Notes: generated by a model not told the origin, from the letters alone. Positions 11,270-33,269 are shown, numbered from the stretch's first letter. The stretch: 64,000 bases of DNA from Stegostoma tigrinum (GCF_030684315.1 NC_081391.1:21474629-21538628); one strand, 5' to 3'. Program-made: numbers and translations.

Positions 11270-14200
11270 ATGGGGTCAATATCTATATCTGTTGTACATG
11301 GTGAGTTAATTCTTCTAAATGACTAGTTGTGCTCTGAGCAAATTAAAATTGTGTTCACCATGGAACTGAGTACAGTGTTTTATTTTCATAGCTTCTGGTT
11401 CTTGGAGCTTTTTGTGTTTTAATGTCTGATCATCAATCCTTTGCTCTTTGTGACAACCTTGGATTCAATGCCTGCCCCAGTAACTTGATCAGTGTTTGAT
11501 TCTGCTGTGTCTGGGGATTCAGTGGGCAATCCTTTGATTGGAAATTCCATAACTGGTAAGGTTGTTGACAGATAAATCAGCATTACTGACATGTACTCAC
11601 AGGGACAAGTTTGCAGGACCAGCTTCTAATCAATACACTGACTGAAATCATTCCTTTGCCTAAAGGTTAGGCACTGATCTGATGCACTGCCCTTGGCCAT
11701 GTGTTTGGGTCTCTTTTAAAATCAGCAGTTTCTAGAAACCAGGATCAAAACCTGCTGGGAAATCTCAGGTTTGGCAGCATTGGTAGGGAGAAGGGTTGAA
11801 CAGAACCTGGACATGAGACACGTGATCATCTCTTGATTTGATTTTGTTTTTGTGTTGCCTGACAGTGAGGTGTTTTCCAGCAATTTGTTGTAATGCCTAG
11901 ATATTACTGACTTTAGTAGATTGTAAAATTCCTCCTTTTAAAGAGTAATATACACTGCTTTGCTGCAGGTTTTTCCTTTTGATAAGCAATTGCTTATGTC
12001 ACTATTCCTAGAGCTAGGGAATTAGTTGAATTAGTTTCTTCGGTATTTCCTTCTTAGATGTAGGAGAAAGAAAAACCTACCTTGTATTAGAATGCTAATG
12101 ACTAGGAACTGCCTTGGGAATGAAGCAGTGCCCACCTTGTTCCCTGTGTGATAATTTCTATTACTACCCTGCAAAGAGGTGACAAATACTGCGGATGCCT
12201 GGTGGAAAATCAAGCTAAAATGCAAATACCACGTGCAGAAATTGGCAGTTCCAATTTTTACCTTTGTGTTCAATTTTTCAAGCAGATCAGCTCTCCTGCT
12301 GCCGACTGGCTGACCTGTGACTCCACACAGTGCACCGGGGTGGCCTGATCACTATCAATCAGCCCTGAATTACAATGTGACTGGTTTGTGCAAGGGCTTT
12401 TAACAGGATCAGGATATCACTGACAGGCACCATTTATTATCCATCTCTGATTACCCACCCAGCCCATGAGTAATTCAAATTAAACCCCTTTGCTGTGGGG
12501 TTACACATAGGCCAGATCAGGTAAGGATGGCAGTTTCTTACGAACAAGGACATTAGTGAACCAGAAGAGGCTTGGTTGGACCCTGTCTTCTGGAATGAGA
12601 ATGATGTGCGTGAAATTCAGTGATGTCAGACAGACTCAGGATAACAGGTAGCAGTCTAACACTCCAGAATGTTGACAGCCTCCATCAAACGAGTAGCCAC
12701 TCTCGTCAATCCTTCCACCACTGACATACGCAGAGGCTGCAATATATACCATCTACCAAAGCTCCTTAGACAACTTCTTAAAACCATAACTACTTTCCAT
12801 CGGACAAGGGCTGCAGATATGTAGGAACACCACGCATCTCCACATTCTCCACCAAGCCACCGATCACCCGGCGTTGGAATCGTAACCCCACGTTCCCTCC
12901 CTAACAGCAGTATGGATTTGCCTACACCAAATGGGCTACAGTAATGCAAGAAGGCAAATCACCACATTCTCGAAACTAATGTTGGCCCTGATCGCTGAGG
13001 GGTTCAAATACCTCTGGATGGAGAGGTTTTGGTGAAATTGTCAAGTTCCTGTTCAACCACAGCCGGAGTGCACAGTTCTGGCAGGTTCGACCCAAAGATG
13101 GTTATGCACGGAATTTCTGGAAGTAACCTGGACAGAGAGATGGTTAATTCATGATAATGGCTTGTCCAGTCCCTCTGTGTAGAAGGTTAAGGGATGGCTG
13201 TAATTGATATTTTTCAGAGGATTAATGGATTTGACAGGGTAGAGAGGAAAGAACCCATTTCTTCTCAATGATCATCTCGGACTGTGCGTAGAATGGGATG
13301 ACAAAGTTCACATGAGAACTACATCATCCAGGACCATGTCAAAAACAGTTACTTTGTGGAAAGGACAATATCTGCGCGCACAGATATTTACTGCACAAGG
13401 TTTGATGTTACCAATCACTTTCCAATTTCAAGACATAAAAAAAGTGAGTAATGCATTTTCGTAGAAGAAACACAGAAAGACAAAACAGGCTCGATGTTAC
13501 AAATCTGATGTGAGTACAGGAGCTCAGAGACTTTCGGTTTCAAGTATGTGATTATATGAAAGTGATCAGGCAGGATGAAACTGTTATTAATGGAGATTTA
13601 GCCACTTATGTGAACCTTGTGTTTTCAAATTGAGGCATCGAGTATAAAAGCAACGAATTGATGTTACACCTCTACAAATCATTGGTTAGACCACATTTCC
13701 ATTGTGTACTCAGTTCTGGGCGTGGCATTCAAGGCGGGACATGAAAAACCTCAAAAGAGTTCAAAGGAGATTTATTAGAATGATCCCAGGAGTGAGGAAT
13801 TTTAGATACTTGGAAAGATTAAGGAAAATGGGGTAAATCTCCTTGCAGGTGACCTTGTTGACGTGATCAAAACTATGAACAATTTTGATAGAGTAAACAC
13901 GATATTCTGATTTCAGCAGTTGACTTGTCAGTGACGAGGGGTCACAGTTTGTCAGTGGGGGAGATCAGAGTGAAATGGGAAGAAACCTCTTTGCTCAGAA
14001 AGTTGTTCGGATTTGGAATGCGCTGCCTGGGAGAGTGACGGAGGTCGATTGCATGGGAATCCATGCCCCTCTTCCTCATTGAATCCCTCGTGCAGTTGGT
14101 CACAACCACCTTAATTTAAAAAAATGTGAAAACTGTTCCTAAACCAAATTAACTTCTTTTAGAAAAGAACCAAATGACCTATGACCTGATTGAGTGGTGC

Positions 14201-14348
14201 AGAAGGTTTGAGATGCCGAATGGCCTCCTGCTGTTCCAATCACAGAATAACCATCCAGACCTGGCTCTCATCTCCACCTCTGATCAGCTCTGCTTAACAC
14301 ACCCTCCCCCTCTCTCTCATTGGTGCCTGTATGCAGGGGTGGCTCCTG

Positions 14349-14426
14349 ATTGGCTAGCAGCAACTGTCAGTCATCATCAGTTCGGTCTCCCTCTGGGTGA
14401 GTGCCGGTTGTCTCAGGAGTAGAAAC
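14349..14426 (+). promoter_or_regulatory. Core promoter of copy C (CCAAT + TGACTGACAG, TATA degenerate)
   Basis: ATTGG 14349, CTGTCAGTCA 14364-14373, GTAGAAAC at the TATA position. Confidence 0.6.
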
Positions 14427-14495
14427 ACAACAGCTTTGGGGATTGAGGCCTTTGTTCCAGAGTTGTCCTTGTGATTGTGAGCAGGAATAGTGAAG

Positions 14496-16890
<2,395 letters not shown>

Positions 16891-18514
16891 ATGGGGTCAA
16901 TATCTATATCTGTTGTACATGGTGACCTCATTCTACTAAATGACTAGTTGTGCTCTGAGCAAATTAAAATAGTGTTCACCATGGAATTGAGTACAGTGTG
17001 TAATTTCCATAGCTTCTGGTTCTTGGAGGTTTTTGTGCTGTCATGTCTGATCATCAATCCTTTGTTCTTTGTGACATCCTTTGATTCAATGCCTGCCCCA
17101 GTAACTTGCTCAGTGTTTGATTCTGCTGTGTCTGGGGATTGAGTGGGCAATCCTTTTATTGGAAATTCCATAACTGGTAAGGTTGTTGACAGATAAGTCA
17201 GCATTACTGACATCTACTCGCAGGGACAAGTTTGCAGGACCAGCTTCCAATCAATGCACTGACTGAAATCAGTCCTTTGCCTAAAGGGTAGGCACTGATC
17301 TAATGCACTGCCCTTGGTCATGTGTTTGGGTCTCTTTTTAAATAAGCAGATTCTGGAAACCAGGATCAAAACCTGCTGGGAAATCTCAGGTTTGGCAGCA
17401 TTGGGAGGGAGCAGGGTTGAACAGAACCTGGCCATGAGACACGTGATCATCTCTTGTTTGATTTTGTTGCCTGACAGTGAGGTGTTTTCCAGCAATTTGT
17501 TCTGATGCCTTGGTGTTACTCATTTTCGTAAATCGTAAAATTCCTCCTCCAATGAGTTAGATAGAATGCTTTTCCGCAGTTTTTTTCTTTGACATAAGCA
17601 ATTGCTTATTGCACTCTTCCCTGAGCTAGGGAATTAGTTTCTTCAGTATCTCCTTCTTACATGTCAGAGAAAGGAAACATCTACCTTGTCTTACAATGCT
17701 AAAGATGAGGAACTGCATTGGGAATGAAGCAGTGCCCCCCTTGTTGCCTGTGTGATAATTTCTATTATTACCCTGCAACGAAGAGGTGACAAATACTGAG
17801 GATGCTTGGTGCAAAATCAAGCTAAAATGCAAAGAGCATGTGCAGAAATCAGCAGTTTCAATTTTCAAGCAGATCAGATCGTTGCTGTCGACTGGCTGAT
17901 CTGTGACTCCACACAGTGCACTGTGGGGGCCTAATCACTATCAATCAGTCCTGAATTACAATGTGACTGCTTTGTGTAAGGGCTTTAACAGGATCAGGAT
18001 ATCACTGACGGGCAGCATTTATTATCCAGCTCTGATTACCCACCCAGCCCATGAGTCATTCAAATTAAACCCCTTTGCTGTGGCCGTGGGGTTACACATA
18101 AGCCAGAGCAGGTAAGGATGGCAGTTTCTTACAAACAAGGACATTAGTGAACTAGAAGAGGCTTGTTTGCACCATCACTTCTGGAATGAGAATGATGTGC
18201 AGGAAATTCAGTGATGTCAGACAGAATCAGGAAAACAGGTAGCAGTCTAACACTCCAGAATGTTGACAGCCTCCAGCAAACGAGCAGCCACTTTAGTCAA
18301 TCCTTCCACCACTGACATACGCAGAGACTGCAATATACACCATCTACCAAATGCTGTAGGAATCCACCAAAGCTCCTCAGACAACTTCTTAAAACCGTAA
18401 CTACTTTCCATCGGACAAGGGCCACAGAAATGTGGGAACACCACGCATCACCACGTTCTACACTAAGCCACTGCTCATCTGGCGTTGGAAACATAGCCCC
18501 ACATTCCCTCCCTC

Positions 18515-18912
18515 TACTGTGTCACTTCATATCTGCTTCAGGTTGCTGTTTTAACACCCGATCACAAAATGGATTTTGTTCTTTGACAACCTTTTGATTC
18601 ACTGCCTGTCCCAGTAATTTGCTCGCTGTTTGCTTCTGAGTGTTTGTAGGGATTGAGTGGGCAATCTTGTCCTTGGAAATGCCACAACTGGCAAATATCT
18701 GCATTGCAGACAATGCCAGAACAAAATCTGTCCTCTGCTTCCCCAGGACAATTTTTCAGGACTAGCTTCTCGTCAAAACCATGACAGAAATCTGTCCTGT
18801 GCCTAAACGTTAGGCATTGCCAAGGCCCATCCATTCACTCAATCTTCAGCATTTTTGGAAAAATCAAGCTGACCCTGGAAACCAGGAACAAAAGCTGCTG
18901 GGAAATCTCAGG
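18515..18912 (+). other. Orphan ferritin 3' flank (gene body deleted)
   Basis: Nearly identical to 63833-64000 and similar to 35758-36160, but not preceded by exon 4. Confidence 0.85.
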
Positions 18913-19833
18913 CCAAGCAGCATCTCAGGGGCACAAAAGCTGACGTTTCGGGCCTAGACCCTTCATCAGAGATGGGGATGGGGAGAGGGAACTGGAATAA
19001 ACAGGGAGAGAGGGGGAGGTGGACCGAAGATGGAGAGTCAAGAAGATAGGTGGGGAGGGGATAGGTCAGTCCAGGGAAGACAGACAGGTCAAGGAGGTGG
19101 GATGAGGTTAGTAGGTAGATAGGGGTGCGGCTTGGGGTGGGAGGAAGGGATGGGTGAGTGGAAGAACCGGTTAGGGAGGCAGAGACAGGTTGGACTGGTT
19201 TTGGGATGCAGTGGGTGGGGGGGAAGAGCTGGGCTGGTTGTGTGGTGCAGTAGGGGGAGGGGACGAACTGGGCTGGTTTAGGGATGCAGTAGGGGAAGGG
19301 GAGATTTTGAAACTGGTGAAGTCCACATTGATACCATATGGCTGCAGGGTTCCCAGAGGGAATATGAGTTGCTGTTCCTGCAACCTTCGGGTGGCATCAT
19401 TGTGGCAGTGCAGGAGGCCCATGATGGACATGTCATCTAGAGAATGGGAGGGGGAGTGGAAACGGTTTGCGACTGGGAGGTGCAGTTGTTTGTTGCGAAC
19501 TGAGCGGAGGTGTTCTGCAAAGCGGTCTCCAAGCCTCCGCTTGGTTTCCCCAATGTAGAGGAAGGCACAGTGGGTGCAGTATACCACATTGGCAGATGTG
19601 CAGGTGAACCTCTGGTTCATGTGGAATGTCATCTTGGGGCCTGGGATAGGGGTGAGGGAGGAGGTGTGGGGGCAAGTGTAGCATTTCCTGCAGTTGCAGG
19701 GGAAGGTACCAGGTGTGGTGGGGTTGGAGGGCAGTGTGGAGCGAACAAGGGAGTCACGGATTGAGTGGTCTCTCCGGAAAGCAGACAGGGGTGGGGATGG
19801 AAAAATGTCTTGGGTGGTGGGGTCGGATTGTAA
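18911..19833 (-). mobile_element. 5'-truncated Penelope-like retroelement (GIY-YIG endonuclease region plus 3' terminal region)
   Basis: Minus-strand frame with FTCTSANVVYC..LYIGETKRRLGDRFAEHLR (GIY-YIG) and a preceding CxxxxCxxC linker; purine-rich low-complexity tract; hammerhead-like motif near the 3' end. Confidence 0.9.
18938..18973 (-). ncRNA. Minimal type-I hammerhead ribozyme motif of the Penelope element
   Basis: Minus strand reads CTGATGA-AGGGTCTAGGCCC-GAAA-CGTC-AG: intact core, stem II GGG/CCC, palindromic ACGT mini stem III, GUC site. Confidence 0.6.
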
Positions 19834-22224
<2,391 letters not shown>

Positions 22225-25200
22225 ATGGGGTCAATAATGTGTATGTTGTACATGGTGACATAATGCTAGTAACTCGGTTGTGCTCTGAGCAAATCAAAAT
22301 AGTGTTCACCATGGAACTGAGTACTTGGCATAATTTCACAGCTGCTTCTGGCTCTTGGTATTGCTGTTTTCACACCTGATCATTAAATCCTTTTCTGTTA
22401 CTTCTGATTAACCTTTAATTCAATGCCTGCCCCAGTAGTTTGCTCCTCTTTTGTCTGTACGAATTCAGTCGGCAATCAATGTAGTGGAAATCCCACAAGT
22501 GTTCGGGTTTTTTTTGTCAGTACAACACTGTTTACTAGCCAAACAACTTTTCAGGACCAGCTTCTAGTCAATAGCTTGACTGAGACCAGTCCCCTGCCGA
22601 AGTGTTGGGAACTGAACTGGAGCCCTGCCCTGTGCAATGCTTAGGTCTCATTGGAATAAGCAGCTGCAGGAAATCTCAGGTTTGGCTGCACCTGGGGGAA
22701 GAACTGTTCAGTCCCAAGACCTGAGACACATTATCATCTCCTGACAGATGTTGCCACACCTGTGACTTTTTCTAGCACTTGGAGTCCAATGATTTGAGCA
22801 TACATTCACTTTTCAAACAAGAATATAAAAAGGAAAAAAAATTTAGCCTGGAAGATGCACTGATCTCTTTAGCAATTGCTTATCTACAAAGGATACAAGT
22901 GGTTTCGCTCCCATTTCCTTTGCTCCTTTATCACTGGTGGAAGGAGTGAGTCTAATGGCTGCCTGTAAGAGAATGAGAAAACTTGTTTTCACTTGTCTCA
23001 GGCTCTCACGCGTGCACTCGCCAGAGAGAATGACCTGTTAGTCAAGGCAGCAGTGCCCACCTTGGAGCGGGTGTGGCACAACTTCTATCAGTGCTCTGCA
23101 ACGTAAAGATTACATAGGCTAAGAACACCAGGTGAAAGTAAAGTTAGAACCCAAATACCACGAGGAGAAATCAGCAGTTCCAATCTTTAGCTCTTTATTT
23201 TCAATGAAATCAGCTCTCCTGCTCTCAACTGACCTGCATGTGCCAGCACATGCACTGCTCTGTGCCTGCCTTGTTCCTGATGTTCAGGGGTGACAGTCTC
23301 CTCTATTAAAAGGATGTGGATGTCTCTGAGCTGACAGCATTTATTATCCATTTCAAATTGCCACAAGGCCAGGTCAGAGGTGCACACATCGCTGTGCTTG
23401 CAGGGTCATATGCAGGCCAGGCTCGGTAAGGATGGGTTTTTGACACTGAATTGAATGCTCCTCATTACCTTCTTAATTCCAGAGCGGTGTCAGATAGAAT
23501 CAGGAGATCAGGCCAACACTCCAGAAACTTGATGGCCTCCAGCTCCAAGCAATGACTGTCAAGCTCATTATTAGGTTCTTAATGCCAGAAGAGAGTTGTT
23601 CAGACAGAATCAGGTCAACGGGTATCGGTCCAACACGCCAGGAGCTTAAGAGCCTCCAGCTCAGAGCAGCCGCGAGATTCATTCTTTCCGCCACTGACAC
23701 ACAGGGACTACAATATGTGCAGTCTAACAAATGCTGTAGAAATCCACCAAATCTTCTTAGACAACACCTTCCAAAGCCCCCATTCATCCAGTGCTGGTGG
23801 ATCAAAATGCTGCCATTGCCTCACCAGGAGCATTGGGGATCTGCCTCCACTAAATCAACAACAGTTCAAGAAGGCAAGCCACCACATTCGCGAATCTAAT
23901 GTTAGGCCTGATCTCGGACCAGTTCAAATATCTCAGCGTGGAGGTTCTTTTGTTCTAGTTCAAACATATCTGGAGTGCACAGTTCTAGCAGGTTGGACCC
24001 AAAGATGGTTATGCACAGAATTTCTGGAATACCCCCGGACAGAAAGTTAATTGGTTACGATGATAATACTTTGCCCAAGTCCTTCTGTGTAGAAGTGTAA
24101 AGGACGTCTGTGCTTCAAGTTTCAAAAGTGGATTAATGCATTTGACAGGGTACACAGAGAGATCCTGCTTCTTTTCAATCCTCATCTAGGACTAAGAGTG
24201 GGGAATATGATTACAATCCTCGCATTAGAAGTAAATCATCTATGATAAAGCCAAAAACAGCTTCGTTTTGGAAAGGATAATATGTGAATCAGCAGATACA
24301 TTTTTATTTGGTCAGATTTGATGTTGCCAATTGCTTTCCAATTTGAACATAAAAGATGAATGCATTTTGCTTGAACAAACGTAGAAAGACAAAACAGGCT
24401 CGATGTTACAATTCTGAGGCGAGTACAGGAGCAGAGGGACTTTCAGTTTCAAGTATGTGATTACTGGAAAGACGCCGAGCCGGACAAAGCTGCTATGAGA
24501 AGGCTTTTGTGAAATGTGTGTTTTCAAATGGACACAGAGAGTATAAAAGCGAAGAATAGATGTTACACCTGTACAAATCATGGGTTAGACCACATGTGCA
24601 GTGTTGTGTTCAGTTCTGGGCATGGTATTTAAGGAAGGACATTAAAGCCCTGGACAGAGTTCAAAGGGCATTTACGAGAATGACACCAGGAATGAGGTAT
24701 TTCAGATACAAGGAAAGATGGAAGAAATTGGGGTAAATCTCCTTGGAGCATAAATGTTTAAGAGGTGACTCTGTGGAAGTGATCAAAATAATGAACAATT
24801 CTGTCAGGGTAAAGGAGGACATTCTGTTTTCACCAGTTGATTATGGCAGTAATGAGGGGGTCACAGTTTGTCAGTAATGGAGCTCTGAGATGAGAACAAA
24901 CCTCTCTATTCAGAAGGTTGTTAGGATTTGGAATGTGATGCCTGGGAGAGTGGCGGAGGTAGATCCCATAGGTGGCTTCAAAACAAGAGCTGGATATATA
25001 CTTGGGAGTGACGAATATAGACGGTATAGGGCTGGGGAGGGGGCCTAGGTGGGTAGCTCTTTCGGAAGCCGATACGGACATGATGGGATGAATGGCCTCT
25101 GTCATTAAAAATCCTCTGAATGTCCACCCAGGAACTTTTGTAAATTTTGGGTTTGTATTCCTCTCAGTCTTAAATGTCCAACCCAGTCCTCCTACATCAG

Positions 25201-25474
25201 GATACCCTGATCCTGGACTCCCCCCCCCCCCCCCCCTCATTGGGGGCATCCTTCCTGTCCTTGCCCCGTCTGATCCTGTCACAGTTTTCTATGACCCAGA
25301 GTCAATTTCCCACCTTTCTGTCTCATATCCCAGCACAACAGGCTGAGAAACTGACACCTCTTCTTCATTGACTTCCTCGTGCAGTTTGTCACAACCACCT
25401 TAATTTAGGAACAAAGTGTTAAAGCTTTTTTCAAACCAAATGCAGTTCTTTTTAAAAAAGAGCCAAATAACTTA

Positions 25475-25565
25475 TGAAGAAGTGTCCAGACCTGAAACAT
25501 CAGCTTTCCTGTTCCTCTGATGCTGCTTGACCTGCTGTGTTCATCCAGCTCAACACCTTGTTCTA
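25475..25565 (+). mobile_element. Short Penelope-derived terminal fragment in the upstream promoter of copy E
   Basis: TGAAGAAGTGTCCAGACCTGAAACATCAGC...GATGCTGCTTGACC resembles the reverse complement of 18911-18970; flanked by the imperfect duplication CAAATAACTTATGA/CAAATGACCCATGA. Confidence 0.65.
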
Positions 25566-25743
25566 CAAATGACCCATGACCTGATTGAGTGGAGCAACAG
25601 GTTTGAGATGCTGAATGGCCTCCTGCTGTTCCAATCACAGAAGAACCATCCAGACCTGATTATGATCTCCACCTGTGATCAGCTCTGCTTAACACACCCT
25701 CCCCCTCTCTCTCATTGGTGCCTGTATGCATGGGTGGTTCCTG

Positions 25744-25821
25744 ATTGGCTAGCAGCAATTGTCAGTCATCATCAGTTCTGCCTCTCCATGGGTGAGTGCA
25801 GGATGGTCCCAGGACTATAAA
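25744..25821 (+). promoter_or_regulatory. Core promoter of copy E
   Basis: ATTGG 25744, TTGTCAGTCA variant 25759-25768, TATAAA 25816. Confidence 0.65.
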
Positions 25822-25870
25822 TACAGAGCCTGTGGAAGAGCAACTCACTTCTTGAGTGGGAATAGTGAAG

Positions 25871-28821
<2,951 letters not shown>

Positions 28822-31800
28822 ATGGGGTCAATATCTATATCTGTTGTACATGGTGACCTCATTCTACTAAATGACTAGTTGTGCTCTGAGCAAATTAAAA
28901 TAGTGTTCACCATGGAACTGAGTACAGTGTTTTATTTTCATAGCTTCTGGTTCTTGGAGCTCTGTGTTTTAATGTCTGATCATCAATCCTTTGTTCTTTG
29001 TGACATCCTTTGATTCAATGCCTGCCCCAGTAACTTGCTCAGTGTTTGATTCTGCTGTGTCTGGGGATTGAGTGGGCAATCCTTTTATTGGAAATTCCAT
29101 AACTGGTAAGGTTGTTGACAGATAAATCAGCATTACTGACATGTACTCACAGGTACTTACAGGGACAAGTTTGCAGGACCAGCTTCTAATCAATACACTG
29201 ACTGAAATCAGTCCTTTGCCTGAAGGGTAGGCACTGATCCAATGCACTGCCCTTGGCCATGTGTTTGGGTCTCTTTGTAAATAAGCAGATTCTGGAAACC
29301 AGGAACACAACCTGCTGGGAAATCTCAGGTTTGGCAGCATTGAGAGGGAGAAGGGTTGAACAGAACCTGGCCATGAGACATGTGATCATCTCTTGATTTG
29401 ATGTTGCGTTGCCTGACAGTGAGGTGTTTTCCAGCAATTTGTTGTAATGCCTCGATGTTACTGATTTTAGTAGATTGTACAATTCCTCCTTTTAAAGAGT
29501 AATATACACTGCTTTTCTGCAGGTTTTTCCTCTTGATAAGGAATTGCTTATGTCACTGTTCCCAGAGCTAGGGAATTAGTTTCTTCGGTATTTCCTTTTA
29601 TACAGGTAGGAGAAAGAAAAATCTACCTTGTCTCAGAATGCTAATGACTAGGAACTGCCTTGGGAATGAAGCAGTGCCCACCTTGTTCCCTGTGTGATAA
29701 TTTCTATTATTACCCTGCAAAGAGGTGACAAATACTGCGGATGCCTGGTAGAAAATCAAGCTAAAATGCAAATACCACGTACAGAAATCAGCAGTTCCAA
29801 TTTTTACCTTGTGTTCAATTTTCAAGCAGATCAGCTCTCCTGCTGTCGACTGGCTGACCTGTGACTCCACACAGTGCACTGGGCTGGCTTGATCACTGTC
29901 AATCAGCCCTGAATTACAATGTGACTGGTTTGTGTAAGGGCTTTAACAGGATCAGGCTATCACTGACAGGCAGCACTTATTATCCATCTCTGATTACATT
30001 ATCCATCTCTGATTTTCCAGCCAGCCCATGAGTAATTCAAATTAAACCCCTTTGCTGTGGGGTTACACATAGGCTAGATCAGGTAAGGATGGCAGTTTCT
30101 TACAAACAAGGACATTAGTGAACCAGAAGAGGCTTGGTTGGACCCTGTCTTCTGGAATGAGAATGATGTGCGTGAAATTCAGTGATGTCAGACAGACTCA
30201 GGATAACAGGTAGCAGTCTAACACTCCAGAATGTTGACAGCCTCCATCAAACGAGTAGCCACTCTCGTCAATCCTTCCACCACTGACATACGCGGAGACT
30301 GCAATATATACCATCTACCAAAGCTCCTTAGACAACTTCTTAAAACCACAACTACTTTCCATCGGACAAGGGCTGCAGATATGTAGGAACACCACGCATC
30401 TCCACGTTCTACACCAAGCCACCGATCACCCGGCGTTGGAATCGTAACCCCACGTTCCCTCCCTAACAGCAGTATGGATTTGCCTACACCAAATGGGCTA
30501 CAGTAATGCAAGAAGGCAAATCACCACATTCTCGAAACTAATGTTGGCCCTGATCTCTGAGGGGTTCAAATACCTCTGGATGGAGAGGTTTTGGTGAAAT
30601 TGTCAAGTTCCTGTTCAACCATAGCTGGAGTGCACAGTTCTGGCAGGTTCGACCCAAAGATGGTTATGCACGGAATTTCTGGAAGTAACCTGGACAGAGA
30701 GATGGTTAATTCATGATAATGGCTTGTCCAGTCCGTCTGTGTAGAAGGTTAAGGGATGGCTGTAATTGATATTTTTCGGAGGATTAATGGATTTGACAGG
30801 GTAGAGAGGAAAGAACCCATTTCTTCTCAATGATCATCTCGGACTGTGCGTAGAATGGGATGACAATCTTCACATTAGAATTACATCATCCAGGACCATG
30901 TCAAAAACAGTTACTTTGTGGAAAGGACAATATCTGCACGCACAGATATTTACTGCACAAGGTTTGATGTTGCCAATCGCTTTCCAATTTCAAGACATAA
31001 AAAAAGTGAGTAATGCATTTTCGTAGAAGAAACACAGAAAGACAAAACAGGCTCGATGTTACAAATCTGATGTGAGTACAGGAGCTCAGAGACTTTCGGT
31101 TTCAAGTATGTGATTATCTGAAAGTGATCAGGCAGGATGAAACTGTTATTAATGGAGATTTAGCCACTTATGTGAACCTTGTGTTTTCAAATTGAGGCAT
31201 CGAGTATAAAAGCAACGAATTGATGTTACACCTCTACAAATCATTGGTTAGACCACATTTCAATTATGTACTCAGTTCTGGGCGTGGCATTCAAGGCAGG
31301 ACATGAAAAACCTCAAAAGAGTTCAAAGGAGATTTATTAGAATGACCCCAGGAGTGAGGAATTTTAGATACACGGAAAGATGAAGGAAAATGGGGTAAAT
31401 CTCCTTGCAGGTGACCTTATTGAGAGGTGACCTTGTTGACGTGATCAAAACTATGAACAATTTTGATAGAGTAAACACGATATTCTGATTTCAGCAGTTG
31501 ACTTGTCAGTGACGAGAAGTCACAGTTTGTCAGTAGGAGAGATCAGAGTGAAATGGGAAGAAACCTCTTTGCTCAAAGTTGTTCGGATTTGGAATGCGCT
31601 GCCTGGGAGAGTGACGGAGGTGGATTCCATGGGAGGTTTCAAAACAAGAGTTGGATATGTCCTTGGAAGTGACGAATTTAGAGAGGGACAGAGATAGGGC
31701 TGGAAAGTGGGACTAATCAGGTAGCTCTTTCAGAAGCTAATACAGGAACGGTGGGCTGAACGGCCTCCTGTTGTGAAGAACGCTCTGAATTTCCACCCAG

Positions 31801-33120
31801 GAAATTCTGAGAGTTTGGGGACGGGGTTTTTAATTCCACCTGTAGGAGGCACCTTGAATGTGGGAAAGCTGTTACACATCAGCAGAGACATGGTCCTTTA
31901 CACAAGGTAGACCCAGTTCCACAGGTAAAGAAATGTTGACTGGGGATCCCCCCACTGCTGGCCAACACCCACTGTCACAGCCAACGATCGCACACACCTA
32001 TCTTCCACTTGGATGGCCGGTGGGGACTGGTTTTGCATTGCACCTTATCAGGACCCTCCCCTCGATCATACCGTCCAGGGTGGCCCTGCCAGGAGGTGAA
32101 ATCCTCTTCACTTATCACTCTGAGAACCAACAGAACACTCGAGGCTCTCCATCACTGCGAGGTGACAATCCACAGGCAGGAGCTGGAGGCAGGGAGATTC
32201 TGCTCAGGTACAGACCCACCACAGAATCGGAGAATTGTTATGGCACAGCAGGAGGCCATTCGGTCCTTTGTGCCTGTACCTGTTCTGGTTGTTTTCTAAA
32301 TCTGCCTGTAGAGATGATTTAAGATCTCTGGATCTGGTAGGAACTTGTACCAAGGCCTCTTGGTCCAAAGCTAGGGACATTACCCCTAAACCACAAGACC
32401 CTGGCTGCGCTGGTTGCACAAACATAGAATCATAGAAAATAAATGTTGAGTCGGCCATTCATCCCTTCCAGCCTGCTCTGCCATTCCATGTGATTGTGGC
32501 TGATTCCAGAACTCAGCACCATATTCTCACCCTCTCTGCAATCCCTTTTGATCCAGCCCTCAAAGCTCTCCCCAATTCCTGTTTTGGCTTCAATCCTTTT
32601 CTGTGGCAGAGAATTCCACAGGTTCCACCACCCCGCCCCCCGAGGTGAAGAGATTTCTCCTCCCCTCAGTCCTAAACGTATCCTTAGATTGCAAACCCTG
32701 GTCCTGGCCTCCCCCATAATCAGGAACATCCTTCCTGTCTTTTCCACAGCAGACACTGTTATAATTTTTCTATGACCCAGAGACAATTTCCCACCCTTCT
32801 TTCCCAAATCCCAGCACAACAAGCTGAGAAACTGATGCCCCTCTTCCTCATTGAATCCCTCGTGCAGTTGCTCACAACCACCTTAATTTTTAAAAAATGT
32901 GTAACTTTTTTGAAACCAAATTGACTTCTTTTAGAAAAGAACCAAATGACCTATGACCTGAGTGAGTGGTGCAGAAGGTTTGAGATGCCGAATGGCCTCC
33001 TGCTGTTCCAATCACAGAATAACCATCCAGACCTGGCTCTCATCTCCACCTCTGATCAGCTCTGCTTAACACACCCTCCCCCTCTTTCTCATTGGTGCCT
33101 GTATGCAGGGGTGGTTCCTG

Positions 33121-33198
33121 ATTGGCCAGCAGCAACTGTCAGTCATCATCAGTTCTGCCTCTCTCTGTGTGACTGCAGGATGGTCCCAGGACTATAAA
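33121..33198 (+). promoter_or_regulatory. Core promoter of copy F
   Basis: ATTGG 33121, CTGTCAGTCA 33136-33145, TATAAA 33193. Confidence 0.7.
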
Positions 33199-33269
33199 TA
33201 CAAGAGCCTGTGGGAGAGAGAGACTTAGTTCTAGAGTTTTCTTGGTGCTTGTGAGCAGGAATAGTGAAG

